Positions 60,924 to 64,000 of a stretch of 64,000 nucleotides of DNA are shown here, one piece after another; the first letter of the stretch is position 1, and the number at the start of each line of letters is the position of its first letter. Both the position numbers and the translations under genes were made by a program. The stretch lies in assembly GCA_050331235.1 (NCBI GenBank), contig JBHJHA010000060.1:10235-74234 (forward strand). Reading direction: 5' to 3'. Below the pieces are notes generated by a model, which saw only the letters and a list, made by a program, of their open reading frames with translations, was not told where the DNA came from and did no database searches. This DNA is from Leptolyngbyaceae cyanobacterium (GTDB taxonomy: Bacteria; Cyanobacteriota; Cyanobacteriia; Phormidesmidales; Phormidesmidaceae).

Positions 60924-62645
60924 GTGGCTTTGCAATATCAAGTTTTACCCAAAGAAACGGTCTCTATGTGGACCCGAGATCGCGTGCGCTTGGATGCAGA
61001 CGTTTATCGGCCCGATAGTTCTGCCGATTCGTTTCCCATATTGCTCATGCGGCAGCCCTATGGTCGACAAATTGCCTCTACTGTGGTTTACGCCCATCCG
61101 ATCTGGTATGCCGCCCACGGCTTTATTGTCGTTATTCAAGACGTGCGGGGTCGTGGCACCTCCCAAGGAGAGTTTCGGCTGTTTGAAAATGAAGCTGCAG
61201 ATGGCGTCGATACGATTCACTGGGTAGCTCAGTTGCCTCAAAGTAATGGCCGCGTTGGCATGTATGGCTTTTCTTATCAGGGCATGACGCAACTCTTTGC
61301 GGCGCAAAACCAACCTTCGGCCTTGCGAGCATTGGCACCGGCCATGGTGGGCTATCAGCCCTATGACGATTGGGCGTATGAAAATGGCGCCTTGAGACTA
61401 CAGGCCGGGCTGGGGTGGGCACTTCAACTGGCGGCTGAAACCGCACGGCGGCGGGGGGAGTCAGCAGCTTTTCAAGCGCTATACCAGGCCTCTCGACAGT
61501 TGCCTATCCATCAAGAGATTACGGCCCTGCCAGACGTTCTAAGCCGATTTGCACCCGATTCATTTTGGTTTGACTGGTTAGCGCACCCTCAATTTGATGA
61601 TTATTGGCAAAAGATAACGCCTAATCTCAACCATACTGATTTGCCCATGCTGCATATCGGCGGTTGGTTTGATCTTTATCTCAGCGGTGATGTACGGCTC
61701 TATCGAGAAATGGCTGCTCGGAGTCAGTATCCTCAGCCATTTTGGATTGGACCCTGGGGCCATATTCCCTGGGGTCCAAAGGTGGGAGGACGAGACTTTG
61801 GTCCGGCAGCTAACAGCCCCGTTGATCGTCTACAGATATCTTGGTTCAATCATTGGCTCAAAGATAAACTCACTAGCTCTTTAGGTCATCCAGGGGTGAC
61901 TTTGTTTGAAATGGGCAGCGATCGCTGGCAATCTTTCACAACCTGGCCTCAGGGAGATTGGCAGCATTGGTATCTCATGAGTCATGGTTTGGCTGCTACG
62001 CGCCAGGATGATGGCAGGTTAGTCATACCAGCACGCAAACCTGAACCGCTGTTTGAACAGTCAGCGATCGACACGCTAGTCCACGACCCATGGCGCTCCA
62101 TTCCTTCTATTGGGGGGCATGCCGCTATCCCGTCAGGCCCCTTTGAACGATCCGGCGTAGATAACCGCAGCGACGTTTTGACTTATACCTCCCCCCCGTT
62201 GGCCCACACGCTCAAAATCGCCGGTAACGTTAGCGTCAGTTTGCAATGTCAGTGCGATCAGCCTTCTTTTGATCTCCATATCACGCTGTCCGAGGTCAGA
62301 CCCGATGGCGAAGTTTTACCCTTGACCCAAGGACACGGCCGATTTGAGACCGTAGTTTCCAAGTGGCAAAATTATCAATTGACGCTCCAGCCAACTTGCT
62401 TTGTGTGTTGTCATGGCCACGCTCTCCGATTAAGCATCAGTATGGCTAACTTCCCCGCTTACACGGTGAACCCAGGTAAACCCGTTGAGGAAAGCCAGAA
62501 TCGGCTCATTGATGCCGACATCATAACTTTGAATATTCGTTGCAATGATGTCAGCACTTATCTTTTGCTGTCGGAGATAACTAATATCGCAGCTTCAACT
62601 GCTGGAGTTGACGACCTTGATATGGATACAAAAGTGGAAAATTAA
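60924..62645 (+). CDS. CocE/NonD family hydrolase (peptidase S15)
   Basis: RLDADVYRP, RQPYG, QDVRGRGTSQG, GFSYQG, GGWFD, IGPWGH; start inferred. Confidence 0.9.
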   Translation: MALQYQVLPKETVSMWTRDRVRLDADVYRPDSSADSFPILLMRQPYGRQIASTVVYAHPIWYAAHGFIVVIQDVRGRGTSQGEFRLFENEAADGVDTIHWVAQLPQSNGRVGMYGFSYQGMTQLFAAQNQPSALRALAPAMVGYQPYDDWAYENGALRLQAGLGWALQLAAETARRRGESAAFQALYQASRQLPIHQEITALPDVLSRFAPDSFWFDWLAHPQFDDYWQKITPNLNHTDLPMLHIGGWFDLYLSGDVRLYREMAARSQYPQPFWIGPWGHIPWGPKVGGRDFGPAANSPVDRLQISWFNHWLKDKLTSSLGHPGVTLFEMGSDRWQSFTTWPQGDWQHWYLMSHGLAATRQDDGRLVIPARKPEPLFEQSAIDTLVHDPWRSIPSIGGHAAIPSGPFERSGVDNRSDVLTYTSPPLAHTLKIAGNVSVSLQCQCDQPSFDLHITLSEVRPDGEVLPLTQGHGRFETVVSKWQNYQLTLQPTCFVCCHGHALRLSISMANFPAYTVNPGKPVEESQNRLIDADIITLNIRCNDVSTYLLLSEITNIAASTAGVDDLDMDTKVEN

Positions 62646-62785
62646 AGACCAGTTTTCTTCTTTCTTTCCTAAGCTAAATGTTCCTATCGCTGTATTTCTA
62701 GGACGGTCAGTCGTTTCCATAGTTGTTTGCAAACTGAAGGTAAACTAGGGATCTTCAGTTTGGATGGTGTAAAGAGGATTGCGTC

Positions 62786-63781
62786 ATGGCCCCGGTACTC
62801 GAAACAACGTCCTTAGAGACAGCGACAATGCAGGACTCTCTAGACTTATCTTTGGTAATTCCGATTTACAACGAATATGAGAGCATTCCGGGATTGTTGC
62901 AGGCCATCATCAATGTCATGGTATCGCTGTCGTATACCTACGAAATCATTTGCGTAGATGACGGTTCAACGGATAAGTCAGCTGATTTATTGAGAGAGTT
63001 AGCAGCCGAGAATGGTCATCTATCAGTGTTACTCCTCAGGCGTAACTATGGCCAAACAGCCGCCATGGCCGCTGGATTTGACTATGCTCGTGGCAAAGTC
63101 ATCATTACCTTAGACGGTGACTTGCAAAATGATCCTGCTGATATTCCTCTGCTGATGAATAAGCTCGATGAGGGATACGATCTGGTCAGTGGTTGGCGTA
63201 AGCATCGCCAAGATGATCGGCTAACGCGTCTACTGCCATCGAAAATTGCCAACTGGATTATCGGTCGCGTCACAGGCGTTTCAATCCATGATTATGGCTG
63301 CTCTCTAAAGGCTTATCGGGCCGAATTAGTTAGAGATATGAACCTGTACGGTGAACTTCATCGTTTTTTGCCGGCTCTTGCTTTTATCGAAGGCGCAAGA
63401 ATCACAGAAATGCCAGTAAATCATCATGCCCGTCAATTTGGCACAAGCAAGTATGGGCTAGGCCGGACCTTCCGCGTGATGATGGATCTCCTAACGGTCT
63501 ACTTTATGAAGCGATTCTTGACCAAACCCATGTACGTGTTTGGCTCTATGGGGCTGCTGTCGATAATTTTGGGTGTCTTGCTAGGGGGCTATCTGAGTTT
63601 TTTGAAGATAGCGCTGGGCCAGTCTATCGGCGATCGCCCCCTACTCATTTTGGCTATTGTCCTGCTCTTAGCTGGCATCCAGCTTTTGTGCTTTGGGCTG
63701 CTAGCTGAGTTACTCATGCGAACCTATCATGAATCTCAAAATCGCCCTATATATCGGATTCGAGAGGTCATTAGGCACTAA
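62786..63781 (+). CDS. GT2 polyprenol-phosphate glycosyltransferase (ArnC/GtrB-like)
   Basis: VIPIYNE, VDDGSTD, RNYGQTAA, LDGDLQNDP, two C-terminal TM helices. Confidence 0.9.
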   Translation: MAPVLETTSLETATMQDSLDLSLVIPIYNEYESIPGLLQAIINVMVSLSYTYEIICVDDGSTDKSADLLRELAAENGHLSVLLLRRNYGQTAAMAAGFDYARGKVIITLDGDLQNDPADIPLLMNKLDEGYDLVSGWRKHRQDDRLTRLLPSKIANWIIGRVTGVSIHDYGCSLKAYRAELVRDMNLYGELHRFLPALAFIEGARITEMPVNHHARQFGTSKYGLGRTFRVMMDLLTVYFMKRFLTKPMYVFGSMGLLSIILGVLLGGYLSFLKIALGQSIGDRPLLILAIVLLLAGIQLLCFGLLAELLMRTYHESQNRPIYRIREVIRH

Positions 63782-63797
63782 CCAGCGAGAGTAAAAC

Positions 63798-63826
63798 TTG
63801 CAAATTCGTAAACTTTTGTATAATAT
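63798..63826 (+). promoter_or_regulatory. Putative psbA promoter
   Basis: TTGCAA (63798) - 17 bp - TAATAT (63821). Confidence 0.6.
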
Positions 63827-63886
63827 ATTAGTGAGCTTGTGAAACAGCAGCTCAATCATAAAGTTAACAATCGGAATTATTTCATC

Positions 63887-64000
63887 ATGACAACTACTCT
63901 CCAGCAGCGCAGCAGCGCCAGCTTGTGGGAACAGTTTTGCCGTTGGGTAACCAGCACCGAGAACCGCCTGTATGTGGGTTGGTTCGGCGTGTTGATGATT
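63887..64000 (+). CDS. psbA: Photosystem II D1 protein, N-terminus (truncated by window; absent from ORF track)
   Basis: Translates [38 protein letters not shown]. Confidence 0.97.
   Translation, partial: MTTTLQQRSSASLWEQFCRWVTSTENRLYVGWFGVLMI

Overview
Chromosomal window from a cyanobacterium. Evidence: psaC, the 5' end of psbA, cpcT, cruF/cruG and abundant HIP1 GCGATCGC octamers. Most of it is housekeeping: gyrB 3' end, an alternative (CuA-less) heme-copper oxidase operon, the ruvX-mltG-yqeG-pgeF cluster, hisC, glyQ, dacB, pyrD, acpP-fabF-tkt, tlyA, rpsA, dprA and rnc. I found no tRNA, rRNA, CRISPR array or transposase. The most interesting block is about 6 kb of exported/envelope genes after rpsA (42.5-48.7 kb). 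It centres on a lipoprotein that appears to fuse an MliC-type and a PliG-type lysozyme-inhibitor domain to a third, uncharacterised C-x10-C domain. That third domain recurs in a neighbouring secreted protein, and LppP/LprE-like, TAP-like hydrolase and VanZ-RDD genes sit alongside, making a candidate cell-wall defence cassette. Two genes (ctaE, pgeF) are split by single in-frame TAG codons, and one antiporter helix has clustered odd substitutions. These may be consensus errors rather than biology. All family calls come from motif recognition by eye, not from database searches.
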